From NCBI RefSeq assembly GCF_009914755.1, contig NC_060926.1: a stretch of DNA of 64,000 bases; one strand, 5' to 3'. Both the position numbers and the translations under genes were made by a program. The stretch is from the human T2T-CHM13v2.0 reference genome, Homo sapiens. Shown here piece by piece: positions 1 through 13,888 of the stretch. The stretch's first letter is position 1. Every line of letters begins with the position of its first letter. The notes beneath the pieces are model-generated. The model did not search any database, was not told the DNA's origin, and worked only from the letters and a program-made list of their open reading frames with translations.

Positions 1-919
1 AGATTAACACTAAAAATATTTAACAATCTCTCTCATTTTTATCTTTTCTTTCTTTTTCTCTTTGTCTTTCTCACTCTCTATTTATCCTGTTACATCTTTG
101 CTTCTATCTCTTTCTCTGTTTTTTTTTTTTAATATTTAAATAATGCTTCTGTCTGAGGAGGTTAAGAAGTGAAAGAAGACATTGTGAGATGGAGAATCTT
201 TATTAAGATAGAAGACAAAGAGGGGATGATGTGGACACTTTCAGGATGTGGAATGGTTACATACATTATTCTGTTATCACAAGGTTAGCTAAACTCTCTT
301 TCATAAAATCTCTCTTGTTTCTTACTCCCTAAATCTCAAATAAGTGACTAAAAAATGCCTGGATGACCCCAAACAGTAAGAATAGCTTGTAGGTCTCTGA
401 AGATGTTATCTTTTGCCCTGGGAAGGTGGATTCCTATACTAACACCTGCACTTGAAAAGGTGAACAAGATAATTTTGTATTTATTTTCTCACTACCACTG
501 CAGGTAGCATGGGACACTTCTTTATTATTCACAAGAAGAGTTGCTTAATTTTTTCGTTTCCTGATGCTTTCAGCATGGCCCCTTTGGCAGAGGACATTTA
601 ATTCTTCTGGGCTTCAGGGAACAAAAGTTGTGCTTACTTTGCCATTGGAGTTTTCTTGTCTTCCTTGTATGATATGCTTATTTGGATGGGTCAGAAAGAA
701 TTGGTATGTGCTGCCTCCCCCTTAATTCCTTCACCTGAACTCAAGGCTTTTGTAGACTACAACCTGAAGTAATCGATGGCTTCTCTGTTATCAACTTTGT
801 AATCACCTAAGATGTGGGAATTTTCACAAAATGACAAAAAGCATCCGTATGTTCTGATGCTAGAAGCTTTCTCATTTTCTCATCTTTTTCTTTGTTTAAC
901 ATAGATTTCAGGAAAGGTT

Positions 920-1500
920 ACTTTTATGTGTCAACTTGACTAGGCTATGCAATGCCCAGATATTTGGTAAGCAGAAACCACATCACTAATCTTTGCTACA
1001 GATGCATGTTACACTTAAGTGGCCTAGAAACAATGACTTTGCAAGTACCATATGTTGACATCGGTTGGATGGCAGCTAAGATAGATTAGTGATAGTCTTC
1101 ACAAGGGTTTCTTTTTTTTTCTTTTTTAAAAATTATATGCTTTATTTTTAGATAGTGGTAGATTCACAGGTAGTTATAAGAAATAATTTCAGATTGATCT
1201 GGTGTACCCTTTACCTAGTTTACCCCAATAGTAACATTTTGCCAAATTATAATACCATATCGCAGCCAGATACAGAAATCCCTCATGTCTCCCTTTTACG
1301 TCCACAGCCACTACCTTCCCTACCCCACTCGCTTTCACTCTTTTTAGTTGTGGCCTGGCAAGGGTGTTCACCTAGGCCCACATTGGTCTTCGCTGGCATG
1401 GGTGGAGATGAAGCTTTCTTTTCCTTGCTGAATTTTGGCTGGAATAGAGTAGTTATTGTCTAAAAGTTTTCTCTCTTATTCCAATACTTTGATTAGAGGC
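920..1500. mobile_element. Mosaic of old fragments: short MLT2-like LTR start (~920-968) plus L1MC/L1M-type pieces
   Basis: ttatgtgtcaacttgactaggctatg...cccagatatttggt resembles an MLT2 5' end; gtagattcacaggtagttataagaaataat...ccctttacctagtt resembles an L1MC 3' UTR (recalled consensus); boundaries approximate. Confidence 0.45.
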
Positions 1501-2029
1501 AGCAGTGTTTTTTGGAGCTGTGCTTATCAACTTTTATGAGTTGCCAGCCTCTGCAGTTCCATATCTGTGGAATATGGGGCAGAAAGAAAACCCAGAGGAC
1601 TCAGAACCATACCACCCCTGGGTTCCCAGGTGCCCAGCTTTATCTGTCTTTATCTCTCCACTTTGCAGCATCTTCTTCTATTTGCTGTATATATAATGTT
1701 CATGGTCTTAAGTTGTACGTTGCAGAAAAAAATAGGAAAAGTATGTCTCCTCCATCTTCTTGAAAAGGAAACTTTATTTTTTTTAAGTCATTTTTACATT
1801 ACATCATGTTTTTGTTGGCAAGTGCTTAGGCTATATCACTTGATAAAATATTTCTTGATGTAGTTAACATTGAAAGATATCTTTTCTGTATCTGTTTCTC
1901 CTCTAGTGATATAAAGATTAAATTATGCATCATGCTTGGACAGCTTAAATGTTGAATGTGAAATGCTAAAATATTTCATCAAAAATATTTTAAAATAAAT
2001 TAGAACATGCTCTACCGTTTAAGGGTTGA

Positions 2030-2188
<159 letters not shown>

Positions 2189-3093
2189 TAAATAAAATAA
2201 TTCAATTTTAGATCCAAATGTATTAATATCTCAACTTGCTTCACAATTGTCTAAGGAAGCTAAAATTGGGAAAAGAAAAATAAGATAAAATTTTAATAAG
2301 GGTCCAAGCATCAAGACCAGAGGAAAAAATGGAGAAGAATAGGAAGTGAGCAAAGGGGAAGCAATGCTAATTCAATGGTCTAGAATGCCCTGCCCTACAT
2401 GCCTGCAGGTGTTCAGATTTGCTTTTGTGCCCCAGTTTTTTCATAGGAAAAGAAGGCAATGTATATCACTTTTGTCATCACAAAAGTGTAGCAGGATGTC
2501 TTAGTGAAAGCAAAACTTTCCCTAGACAGGTTGTATTACATATACATTATCTTTTGAACTGTGTTCTTTCCTTTAGGGAGATGTTTTTAAGATTCTCTGA
2601 TTTTCAAAAAATATTTTTTATCTATCACAAGACCATCATCTACAATTGAAATATATATATATATTTCCCCCTCTAATGATAATCTTGACATTTTTTATTA
2701 GTTTAAAAAACTGTGTTTATTTGTTTAGCTTCTCAGTGAGCCTGTTTCAATGGCTTTCTCTAATAGAACATGGTTAAAACAAAAAGTGTATGCATAAATA
2801 ACTGAAAATTTGTATATTTTTTTCTTGCTGGCATGAAGTGCAACTCATTTAAATTACCTTCTGATTCATTTTCTCTGCATTCAAAGTTTTAGATTCCTTA
2901 AGATTCATGGGCACCCTCACTGACAAAACATATCTATAATTTAATTTCACAAACAATTTATTATCCACATCAAGCTTGTCACAGCACTAGGCCCTGGAGA
3001 TACAGGAGCACCTAAGGAACAGTTGTCTTCAGGATGTGTGACTCTAATTCAGGAAGAAAGCTGGTATGCAAATAAATATTCAGCATTATATTA

Positions 3094-3522
3094 CAGTTGG
3101 CCCTTGAACAATGAAAAAGTTAATGGCACTAATCTCTGTAGAGTCGAAAATCTGCACATAAATTTTCACTCCCTGTAAACTTAACTCCTAATAGCCTACC
3201 ATTGACAAGAGGCCTTACTGATAAACAGTTGACAAACCCCTATTTTGTATATATATTTTGTACTGTCTTCTTATAATCAAGTAAGCTAAAGAAAAGAAAA
3301 TGTTATTAAGAAAATCATACGGAAGAGAAAACGTATTTACTATTCACTAGGTGGAAGTGGATCATCATAAAGTTCTTCATCCTCATTGTCTTCATGTTGA
3401 GTAGACTGAGGAGGTGGAAGAAGAGGGATTGGTTTTGCCATTTCAGGGGTGACAGAGGTAGAAGAAAATCTACATATAAATGGACCATGCAGTTCAAACT
3501 CATGTTGTTCAAGGGCCAACCA
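3094..3522 (-). mobile_element. Tigger2a (MER28)-like DNA transposon MITE
   Basis: TIRs cagttggcccttgaaca ... tgttcaagggccaac, TA on both sides, ~430 bp. Confidence 0.85.
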
Positions 3523-4602
3523 TATAGCATAGGTCAGAATAACCAAAAAAGTGAGTATAGACTGTGAAGGTATAGGGAAAATAAAATGATTAGTTTAATG
3601 AGCAGAAGATCAGAATGGATTCTTGGAAATGATTTTGAAGGATACTAAAAGGTCTTCTAGGCAGATGAGAACTGGTGGTCATTTTCTAAGCAGAGGAAAG
3701 AGATTATTCTTTCTAACTTTCTGAACCTAGGATGGTACTAAGAATTTACATTAAATTGACAAGAGGGACAATTACATAAAGATCTTAAAGTACATTTAGA
3801 GTTTTTTTTTTTTGACAAAGATCTATGCTTATGTACAAAGTAAAATCTTTTAGTTAGTACTGAAGCAATTTTGTTTTAATTATTCTGATTTTTATAAATC
3901 ACTTTGCTTCATGCTCGTCTTGTCTAAAAAGAATTTATAGCCTCTAAAACATACATTTAGAATGGATCAGGGGAAGGAGAAGTTCTGCAAGCTAAGAAAT
4001 ATAAAGATATGTCTAATATATTTTTATGTAACATTATGGCTAGTCATACTATTTTAGTTATTTGAAAGTATGTCCAATTATAATTTTCTGAATCTTAACT
4101 TCATTGAAGATTTAATGCGTTAACTTTTAAAAGAGAAATTCTGAAAAAAACAAATGACTTGGCTGTAGTTAAGCAACATTTTAGGTGTGATTGCTCTGAG
4201 CATGCCATTTTACAAACCACCAATTTACCAATAACATTAGACTATCATGGTTTTCCTTTAGGTTCACTTAAGTAGGCAGTACTTTTTTTTTTTTTCAAAT
4301 AACTGATTATGGAGAAGGAACATTCTAAAATTTTAATTGTGTCACTGTACTTTCAAAATTTAGATTACAAAGAATATATTTCCAGCCAACCCACATTCCA
4401 AAGCAAATCAGATGAATTAAAGAAAGGCTTTTTTTTTTTTTTTTTTTTTTTTTTTGCAATTGGACCTGTGTTTTCATCTCAGTAAGTACAACTCTGAAAA
4501 ATCATTTTCACTACTTTTAGAATCCCAGTATGTTCTTAAGTGGCTTTACCTGGTAGAGATAAAACTGGTGTTAGGAATTGGTCTAGCACAGGGAATATTT
4601 AA

Positions 4603-4909
<307 letters not shown>

Positions 4910-5005
4910 TAATATTTTTATCAGTAGGTCTACTAAAGTTCAAATTTAAGGTTGAAGTTGGGAAGATCATATATGGTTCAACTCAGACACCTAAAAAGCC
5001 TTGCT

Positions 5006-5296
5006 GGCTGGGCATGATGGCTCACAACTGTAATCCCAGCAGTTTGGGAGGCCAAGGTGGGCGGATCATGAGGTCAGGAGTTTGAGACCAGCCTGACCAA
5101 CATAGTAAAACTCTAAATCTACTAAAAATACAAAAATTAGCCAGGTGTGGTGTCATGTGCCTGTAGTCCCAGCTACTCAGGAGGCTGAGGCAGGAGAATC
5201 TTTTGAACCTGGGAGGTGGAGGTTGAAGCGAGCCAAGACTGCACCATTGCACTCCAGCCTGGATGACAGAGCAAGATTCCATCTCAAAAGAAAAAT
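5006..5296 (+). mobile_element. Full-length AluS (Sg-like)
   Basis: ggctgggcatgatggctcac...gcaagattccatctcaaaa; imperfect TSD aaagcctt(t)gc. Confidence 0.95.
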
Positions 5297-5599
5297 AAAG
5301 CCTTTGCCAAACAACTCTTGCTATCTTCAGTTGTTTGAATCAATATTGATTTCACAAATTAAACTGTAACATTTATTAAGATTACTTCAATAATATTAAC
5401 TCAGGGTAAAGACACAAATACTTTCATAAACAAGAGTTTGAAGTGCTTATTTTTATTATATGAGTATACAATTTCTCTATTCGTCGGGGAGGTAGGGAGA
5501 CATATGAAAACTACTTGAGAAGCTCTTCTAGAATGCCTTTCTTCACGAGAGTCCCGCTTGAGAATCACAGCTCATAATGCTGATGGAAAGAGGCGGTAT

Positions 5600-6020
5600 G
5601 TTGCTTATCTCATCCCTCTTCCATTTGGGTTGGCAATGTGCCCAGCTTCCCCCATCACTAGGTATGACCATGCTATCAAGTTCTAACACGGAGATGTGAA
5701 AAGAAATGTGTGCAGTATCTGGGAAGTTTTCTTTGAAGGGAGGAAACAATGACTTTCTTCTTCCATTTCCATCCAGCTCCACAAAACTTGTCATGGCTCT
5801 GGCCTCTCCAGCGACCTCAGAACACAAAGATGATGATCACATTTTAAAAATGGCACAGGAGTGATATTTGGAGCCTGGGTCCTTGATGGTCATGGAGTGT
5901 TTATAGCTGTGTTGATTGCCTAACTCTGACCTTCTTTTGCATAAGAGAAAAATAAACTTTATATTGTATGTGCCACTGTTGTTATGGATTTGCTGTCCAG
6001 TACAGCCAATTGCTAACTTG
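5600..6020 (+). mobile_element. Old MaLR LTR (MLT1I/J-like)
   Basis: ggagcctgggtccttgatg...aagagaaaaataaactt...gccactgtt is a typical MLT1 3' part; edges approximate. Confidence 0.6.
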
Positions 6021-6114
6021 TGTAGATGGATAGTGTCCCACATTGCTGGGTTTATGTGAACCCAAATGGTGATTGCAAACCTATGATCTGGAGTGCTTAA
6101 TACTTTTAAAATAA

Positions 6115-6355
6115 GAGTGTTGCCATGGGCTTGGGAAACAACAGATCTCTTTCAAATTCCTGCTGCTGTAATTACTTGTTTTAAGTGATTTATTTACTTT
6201 GTCTGAGTGAGCATTTAGCCTGTGGGAACTTCATCTTCCTAACCTGTGAGGTGGGGACAATAATATTATCTAGGAGGGCTGTGTGAGTAGCAAATGACGT
6301 GATGTTGATGAAGAGCCCGCCATACATCGGATGGCCATAGCATATTCAAATGTCT
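6115..6355 (+). mobile_element. MIR SINE
   Basis: MIR core-like ttcatcttcctaacctgtgaggtggggacaataata. Confidence 0.6.
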
Positions 6356-7400
6356 TTTGTCTACTATTTCTCTTTGTAACATTTGCATGACAGTTAAGAC
6401 TCTCAGAGCTTCCTCTATTCATTACAACTATAAAGGAAGACAACTGTAGATCTTACTGCCTGAACACGTTTTATCTCGAAGTTCCTAAAACATCAGAAGT
6501 TCCTCTTTTTACAGTTGCCATTTGTAGACAGCTATTCGAGAGTCATTTCTCTAAGAAAAATTATCAGTGTTTTTAGTGATTTAATCGAAAAGCCAATCTA
6601 AAATTGTATATCTGAATATCACTAAGGTTCATTATTTCCATTTTGAACATAATGAGAATAAAGAATTTTAACAGCTGTTCAGAGACAAGAGAGTACGCAT
6701 TATGGGCTCAGCCATAAATGCACAGTCAACTCCAGTCAATCAGACAAAGCTGTTTGTACCCAGCTGGGACGAGGAGGAAGGGCACATGGTGGCTGCCTCA
6801 GAGGAGTGGGTGATGCACGGAGTCATGGCTGCGGCCCAGGCTGAACTCACTGGGAAGGTGCCATCTGAAAAGACAGCAGGAAAAGGTGCAAACAGGACCT
6901 TGGACACAGTTTTTATGGTCCATTGAGTGAGCCTGCCTTCTTTTTTCCCCCTGCAGAATGAAGTACCTCACTTCATAATTCTTGAGAGATCAGAGCAATT
7001 GCAAACAAAAGATCTTAAATATTACCTGACCTATAGTAGGAAATAATGCTTTTTTTATTAAAACCAGGAAAAATAAATTATTTTATAATTTTTTTTTCCA
7101 GAAACGTTCAGAAATGAGTTTCTGGAATGGGCATTTGTTTCTACTAAAGCCTGAAAATCAATTCTCGGTTGCCTGGGGGTAAGAGCTTTGCCATTGGTGA
7201 GAGATTTCTGTGGCACACCTTATGGAACTGCAACTCCAAAGGTGTCTGTGCCTCACTGTTTTCTCAGCAAAACACCTCCTTCTCCCCTCCCCCTCCCCGA
7301 CCCCTCCCTCTGCTTCACACACCTCCCACACATGCACAGACACTTGTACACACAGATGCACACACAACAGAACACAAACACACTATACACACAGCATTCA

Positions 7401-8128
7401 TGTTAAAATAGAGATGGTAAGATTGACAGAACAGACTCTCTGTGGCAATAAGATACAAAATTATTAACAGGACCTAAGGCCATGCCAGGCCAGGGTGAAG
7501 TCTCACACTCTAAACTTAAAGAATAAATGACGTTCTCACTGCCACAGGCTTTTCATTTTCTCTAGCAGCTAAACAAACATTGCCCCCAAAATTAGCAAGA
7601 CTAAAACCGTTACAAGCCATCCAGCTCACAGACACTGACTAATTAACCCCCGTTCCACAAGCTGTAACTACAGCTTTCACTGGACAAGGGACTGATTTCA
7701 GTAACTTTCTTCTCACACGAAGACCACCCACCATCGACTGGTTCTGGCCGGTCTGCAGAGGCTGCCTTCATGTCCTGAAAATTTCTTTTGATGCATAGGG
7801 TCTAGACTGTAATACATTTAGATCTTAAATCTCCACTCAAAAATGAACTTGAGTTGTATGTTACAGGCATCTTTGTTCAATACGCATGCATCAGGACCAC
7901 TTCATGAATATTCACAGCTCCTCCTGTAACCTGTTGATCCTCCAGCCCATTCAGCATAAAGCTCCTGCCCCAACCCCTTCTCCTCCAAGGTGCCTGTTTC
8001 TGATCTCTGCGGGAGGCTGTGCTTCCCAGCCTGTGGGATGCCACCTTGCAGAGTGTAACTCTTTCCAAGAAATCATGTCTCCTTTTCCAAATTTATTAAT
8101 TGTGTGTTTTTTTTTCTTTAAGTTAATA
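7401..8128 (+). mobile_element. ERV1 solo LTR, MER39-like
   Basis: Starts tgttaa; acagactctctgtggcaataagatac, aggacctaaggccatgccagg and ggactgatttcagtaactttct match the recalled MER39 consensus; ~730 bp. Confidence 0.7.
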
Positions 8129-8721
8129 GCTGTTTAAAGGCTTGGGGAAATTGGGAGAGGGGAACGGAAAGTCAAGAGGTGGGAGAAATAAGGGAAGAGC
8201 TGTATCCAGCTCTGCAGTGACTCCACCCAGGTTTCAGGAGACCCCGTCCATGCCTTTGGGGAAGAGTGCATTCAAAGCCTTCGACAACTTGTGTCTATAT
8301 TTTATTTGTTTTCTCCATAATGAGGGGATTTTCTTCTATACTCAAGTTATGTATGAATATTGAAAACAAGAAGCCTCATAGGAGGGTCCAGGGGCACACA
8401 GAGATTGATTTCAAACATTTGCATTAACTAGGGTTGGAAGATTTGTAGAGATGGTTAGATCATAGAATTCCCAATGTATTATACACTAATTGAAAGTCTA
8501 TTTGTTAAGTTTTGTGTACTTTCCATTTTTCACTTTTTAACAACAATGAAGCCTGAAAACTAACACTGTTTTCACAAATAGACTTATTTTTCAGAATGGC
8601 AAATTGTAAGTATGAGTCACACGACATTGAAATATTCCAGGGGAACTGAGGAGCTTGAGAAACCTAAAATCCTGACAGTGTCCACCTGAAAGAGCGCTGG
8701 TATGACTTCCTCACTTTGAAA

Positions 8722-9377
8722 ATATATATATATATTTCATATGTATATGTATTCCATATATATATTCCATATATATGTATTCCATATATATATTCCATAT
8801 ATATGTATTCCATATATATATTCCATATATATGTATTCCATATATACATTCCATATATATGTATTCCATATATACATTCCATATATATGTATTCCATATA
8901 TATATTCCATATATGTATTCCATGTATATATTCCATATATATGTATTCCATGTATATATTCCATATATATGTATTCCATGTATATATTCCATATATATGT
9001 ATTCCATGTATATATTCCATATATATGTATTCCATATATATATTCCATATATATATCATATGTATATGTATTCCATATATATATTCCATATGTATATGTA
9101 TTCCATATATATTCCATATATATATTCCGTATATATTCCATATATATATTCCGTATATGTTCCATATATATATTCCGTATATGTTCCATATATATATTCC
9201 GTATATGTTCCATATATATATTCCGTATATGTTCCATATATATATTCCGTATATGTTCCATATATATATTCTGTATATGTTCCATATATATATATTCTGT
9301 ATGTTCCATATATATATATTCCGTATATATTCCATATATATATTCCGTATATATCTATCTATCTCATATATATGGAA
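8722..9377. repeat. AT-rich minisatellite/VNTR of TTCC+(AT)n units
   Basis: Alternating ttccatatatata / ttccatatatatgta (28-bp period), then ttccatatatata / ttccgtatatg (24-bp period). Confidence 0.97.
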
Positions 9378-10382
9378 ATCTTTAGTCACTTGTGGGTGGC
9401 ATAAAGAGAAAGAACCAAGTTTAGATGTTGCCATGGCTTGTCAAAGAACTCCTATGTGTTGAAGGACATAGAATTAAAATCTATATTGACCATGAAGAAA
9501 TGCAGTCTTGGGGATCAAGAGGAGCTCAGGGGGCCCTTCTGCTGAGACCTAACAAAGACCTCCCAGGGCTCCCTTGCCCTGCCCAGAGGACCACCTGCAT
9601 AACAGGGTGATCAATAAGTAAAGCCATGGTGTTAATGTCACCAATGTTGTGGAAAGAGCACAGGAATAAGGCTCAGGAGGCTCTGCCTTAGTGGTAAAAG
9701 TGAGGGCAATAATATCACTTACTTCCTAGCACTGTTGAATTAAATGGCTGATTATGAGGAAAGTAAAATATGAAATGTAAGCTTCTAGCAGCATGCCTGG
9801 CAATGAGTACTTGAATTATTCTTTAGTTTCAAAAAGAATCAATTCTTTTAAATCCATGTCCCACTTTTCTTACTTTTACAACTTTTAGTACCACAAAATC
9901 CAGATGTATAAACAGCATGTTATTTTCCCATTTAGGGATCTTGAGAAATGACTTTCTTTTGATATAAATAAGAACAGCCACTCACTGGCCTAAACATCCA
10001 TTGTTAACATTACTTTTCCAATGGATAGGCTATGCTCTAAGATGAACAATTAAAGATTTTAGAACATCCTTTCTGTCTTAGAAATATATTATTTAAAAAT
10101 GTAAAATACTAATTAATTAAATTATTTCTTGGGTTAACTCCAGGATGTTGGGTTTTAAAGAAATAAATTGAACATAGATGGTTATCTAAAGCACTTGTTA
10201 AACTTGTAAATTTGAATGCAAAATTGTAAATGTCACTCTCAATTCTTTTTAAACTTAGGGTGGAGCAATAATAGTTATAAACACATTAATATTTCTGCTG
10301 ATTTTTTCATCTAATATTAATAGTAACTATAGGATGGAATCCTAAGGATAAATATTTATTGAGTATTAATATATGCCAGACA

Positions 10383-10759
10383 TTATTATTTGAATGTTTG
10401 CCTCCTCCAAATTTATGTTGAAATTTAATTGCCATTGTAACAGTATTAATAGGTGGGACCTTTATGAGGTGATTAGGCCATAAGGGCTGGGCCCTCATGG
10501 GCGGATTAATGCCATTATTAAAGGACAAGTTCAGCCCCCTTTTGCCTCTTTGCCCTTCAGCCTTCTGCCATGTGAGGACCTGGCATTCTTCCTCTGTGGA
10601 GGACACAGCATTCAAGGCGCCATCTTGGAATCAGAATCACTAACCACATCAAAGCCTAATACTGGACTTCCCAACCTCCTAAACTGTAAGCAAATAATTT
10701 TGTTCATAAGTTACCCAGCCTGTGCTATTCTTCTATACCAGCACATATGGACTAAGACA
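10383..10759 (+). mobile_element. MST-family MaLR solo LTR (MSTD-like), nested in a MIR-like element
   Basis: gttgaaatttaattgccattgtaacagtatta...cattcaaggcgccatcttggaa...ggactaagaca; MIR core cccattttacagatgagaaaactga resumes at ~10810. Confidence 0.8.
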
Positions 10760-11730
10760 CTACGTATTCTAATAAGTGTGTGAAAACCCAAGATAAAATA
10801 GGCGTTATTTCCCATTTTACAGATGAGAAAACTGAAGCTTGAGGAATTTGTGAATTTGTTTAATCCAAATCTGTTAGAAAATAGTAGACCTCACCTCTTC
10901 AATAGTTGAGCATGGATAATTATGATACTAATTTTAGACTCATATTTCTTCATTTGTACATGATTTAAATCTCAGAAAAAATTTAGAATTTCTCTTTACT
11001 GTCTGTTGGTATTATGAAATGTGATAGCAGTATGTCTAGGCACAGATTTTTTTTTTTTTTTTCCTTAGCAGGGGTAGTTATTTTTTTCTTTCTTAGCAAG
11101 GGTGGCTTTTTCAGTCTGAAAGCTGAGACATACACTTTTCTCTGAGAAGAAATATTTTCTATTATTTGAATGTTTCACCTCTCCTTTTTCCTATTCTCTC
11201 TTTCTGAGACATACATTGATTCTCCAAGTTATCATCTTTCTCTCTTATCTCTATGTTTGTCTTTGGTTCTCTTTTTTCTCTGTATTCTGGGAAATTTTCA
11301 TAGCTTTATTCAAGTTCATTTTTCAAGCTCTAAGAACTCTCTTTTTGTCTGATTTTACCATTTTTATTATACTAGTTGTTACAGTTTTGATAGATAAACT
11401 ATCTTCCAAAATTTCTAAACGTATGGGTTTGGGAAATTGCTTTTAAAATCCTTAGGGATATAGCCAAATTACAGCATGCCAAGAAATGACAGAAATGTAT
11501 TTTTTAATTAAAAAAAGGAGTATTAGTAAAGCTTCAACTTTAGAACAGGGTCTATGTCAGAGAAACACCACAGAGCAATGAAAACTGTGTTCTCCAAATT
11601 ATTTAGAACGTAGGAGGATTTCCAAAATATTTATTTATTTTGAAAGTAGAATGATTAACATCTGCTGTCTATAAGCAACACTTTTGAAAAAAGGAATTTA
11701 CTCCCTCCAATTTGCTCCATAGCCTACAGT

Positions 11731-13200
11731 TTCTTCTTTTATCTACCTCTTCCTCCTCCTCCTCCACCACCTTCTTTTCTTGTTGTTGTTGTTGTTCTTC
11801 TTCTTCCTCCTCCTCCTCTTCCTCTTCTTCTTCTTCTCCTTCTTCTTCCCCTCCCTTCCTTCCTTCCTTCTTTCCTTCCTTCCTTCCTCTTGTTCTTCTT
11901 CTTCCTCTTATTCTCCTTCTCCTTCTTCTTCTTCTCCTGCTTCTTCCTCTTCTCCTTCTTCTTCTTCCTCCTCCTCCTTCTTCTCTTCTTCTGCTTTTCT
12001 TCTCTTCTTCTTCTCTTTTCCTTCCTTCCTTCTTTCCTTCCTCTTCTTTCTCTTCTTCTTCCTCTTATTCTCCTTCTTCCTCCTCTTCTCCTTCTTCCTT
12101 CTCCTCCTCTTCCTCCTCGTTGTTCTTGTCATTGTTGTTTTTGTTGTTCTTCCTCCTCTTCTCTCTCCTCCTTCTCCTCCTCCTCCTCCTTCTTCTTCTC
12201 CTTGTCCTCCTCCTCTGTCTCTGTCTTCTTCTTTTTCTTCTTGTTCCTCTTCTTCTTCCTCTTATTCTCCTTCTTCTTCCTCCCCTTCTCCCTCTTCCGT
12301 CTTCTCCTCCTCCTCCCTCTTCCTTCTTCTCCTCCTCCTCCTTCTTTTTCTTTCTTCTTCTTTCTTCTTGTTCTTGTTCTTCTTCTTCTTCCTCCTCCTC
12401 ATCCTTCTTCTCTTCTTCTGCTTTTCTTCTGTTCTTCTTCTTCTTTCCCTCCCTCCCTCCCTCCCTCCCTTCCTTCCTTCCTTCCTTCCTCTTCTTTCTC
12501 CTCTTCTTCTTCTTGTTCTTGTTCTTCTTCTTCCTCTTATTCTCCTTCTTCCTCCTCTTCTCCTTCTTCTTCCTTTTGCTCCTCTTCCTCCTTCTTGTTG
12601 TTGTTGTTCTTCTTCTTCTTCCTCTCATTCTTCTTCTTCCTCCTCTTCTCCCTCCTCCTTCTCCTCCTCCTCCTTCTTCTTCTCCTTCTCCTCCTCCTTT
12701 TTCTTCTCCTTCTCCTCCTCTTCCATCTCTGTCTTTGCCTTCTTCTTCTTGTTCCTCATCTTCTTCTTCCTCTTATTCTCCTTCTTCTTCCTTCCCTTCT
12801 CCCTCTTCCTTTTTCTCCTCCTCCTCCTTCTTTCTTCTTTCTTCCTTCTTCTTCTTTCTCTTCTTCTTCTTCTCCTTCTTCTTCTTCCTCCTCCTCCTCC
12901 CCTTCCCCCTTCCCCTCCTCCTCCTCCTTCTCCTCCTTCTCCTCCTCCTTCTTCTTCTTCCTCTTCTTCTTCTTCTTCTCCTTCTTCTTCTTCTCCTTCT
13001 TCTTCTTCTTCCTCCTCCTCCTCCCCTTCTCCCTTCCTCTCCTCCTCCTCCTCCTTCTCCTCCTCCTTCTTCTTCTTCTTCTTCTTCTTCTTCTTCTTCT
13101 TCCTCTTCCTCTTCCTCTTCTTCTCCTTCTTCTTCTCCTTCTTCTTCCTCTTATTCTTCTTCTTCTTCTCCTTCTCCTTCTTTTTTCTTTCTTCTCTCAC
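11731..13200. repeat. ~1.5-kb polypyrimidine (CTT/CCT/CCTT)n compound repeat
   Basis: Almost exclusively C/T on the + strand; source of the spurious S/L/F/P- and E/K/R-rich ORFs. Confidence 0.98.
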
Positions 13201-13399
13201 TCTCTTTCAATTTGTCATTTATCATTTCTCATTCTGGTCCCATTAATGTTATTCTTCAAATTGTGATTCTAAATCCCTTGTACAAGACTCTGCAAAGGTA
13301 CTTATATATAATTTCTCAAACTTCTGGAAACAAGTAACTCATAGAAATGTTTAGAAACTTTAAAAAAAATTTTGTTAAAAATTATAGCTCTAGTGTTAC

Positions 13400-13591
13400 G
13401 GGATAACATCTGTGCAGGTGCTAACATGCGTTTTAACTGGTTTGCTGCCCCTGTCAACCTGCCATCTAGGTTTTAAGCCCGACATACATTAGCTATTTAT
13501 CCTGATGCTCTCCCTCCTCTCAACCCCCATGCACCGACAGGCCCTGGGATGTGTCGTTCCTCTCCCTGTGTCCATGTGTTCTCATTGTTCA
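13400..13591 (-). mobile_element. L1PA (PA8-PA10-like) 3' UTR, distal piece
   Basis: ctaggttttaagccc...cattagctatttatcctgatgctctccctcc...gtgtccatgtgttctcattgttca. Confidence 0.85.
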
Positions 13592-13888
13592 GGAGCATCT
13601 TTTCTGATTGTTTTCACAAACATTTTATACCAGTTGTGCTTGTACTTGGGTTGTGCTCCTTGCAGGGAAGCCAGACTGGTAGATGACCACAAGATTTTTT
13701 TATTCCTTGACAGCCGTCCTGCTCATTCTCTGGCTGAGATTTTCATAAAATATAACGTTTATACATGTATTTTCTTCTGAATGTGTCTTCCTTAATTCAG
13801 CCACGTGACCAGGATATCTTTAAATCAATAAAGAGTAAATATAAAAACATTTTCCTGAAAAGCACGTTAGCAGCAGTGAGCAGAGGTG

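Noticed and set aside
6702-6926. GC-richer 74-aa ORF as a possible exon
   Set aside because: No recognisable protein similarity and no convincing exon boundaries.
8664-9462. 190-256-aa I/Y-rich ORFs; superficially CRISPR-like regular array
   Set aside because: AT-rich VNTR with no unique spacers, in eukaryotic DNA.
11712-13337. 458-541-aa ORFs and the antisense E/K/R-rich ORFs
   Set aside because: They are translations of a C/T-only repeat that cannot contain many stops, and they are open in several frames on both strands.
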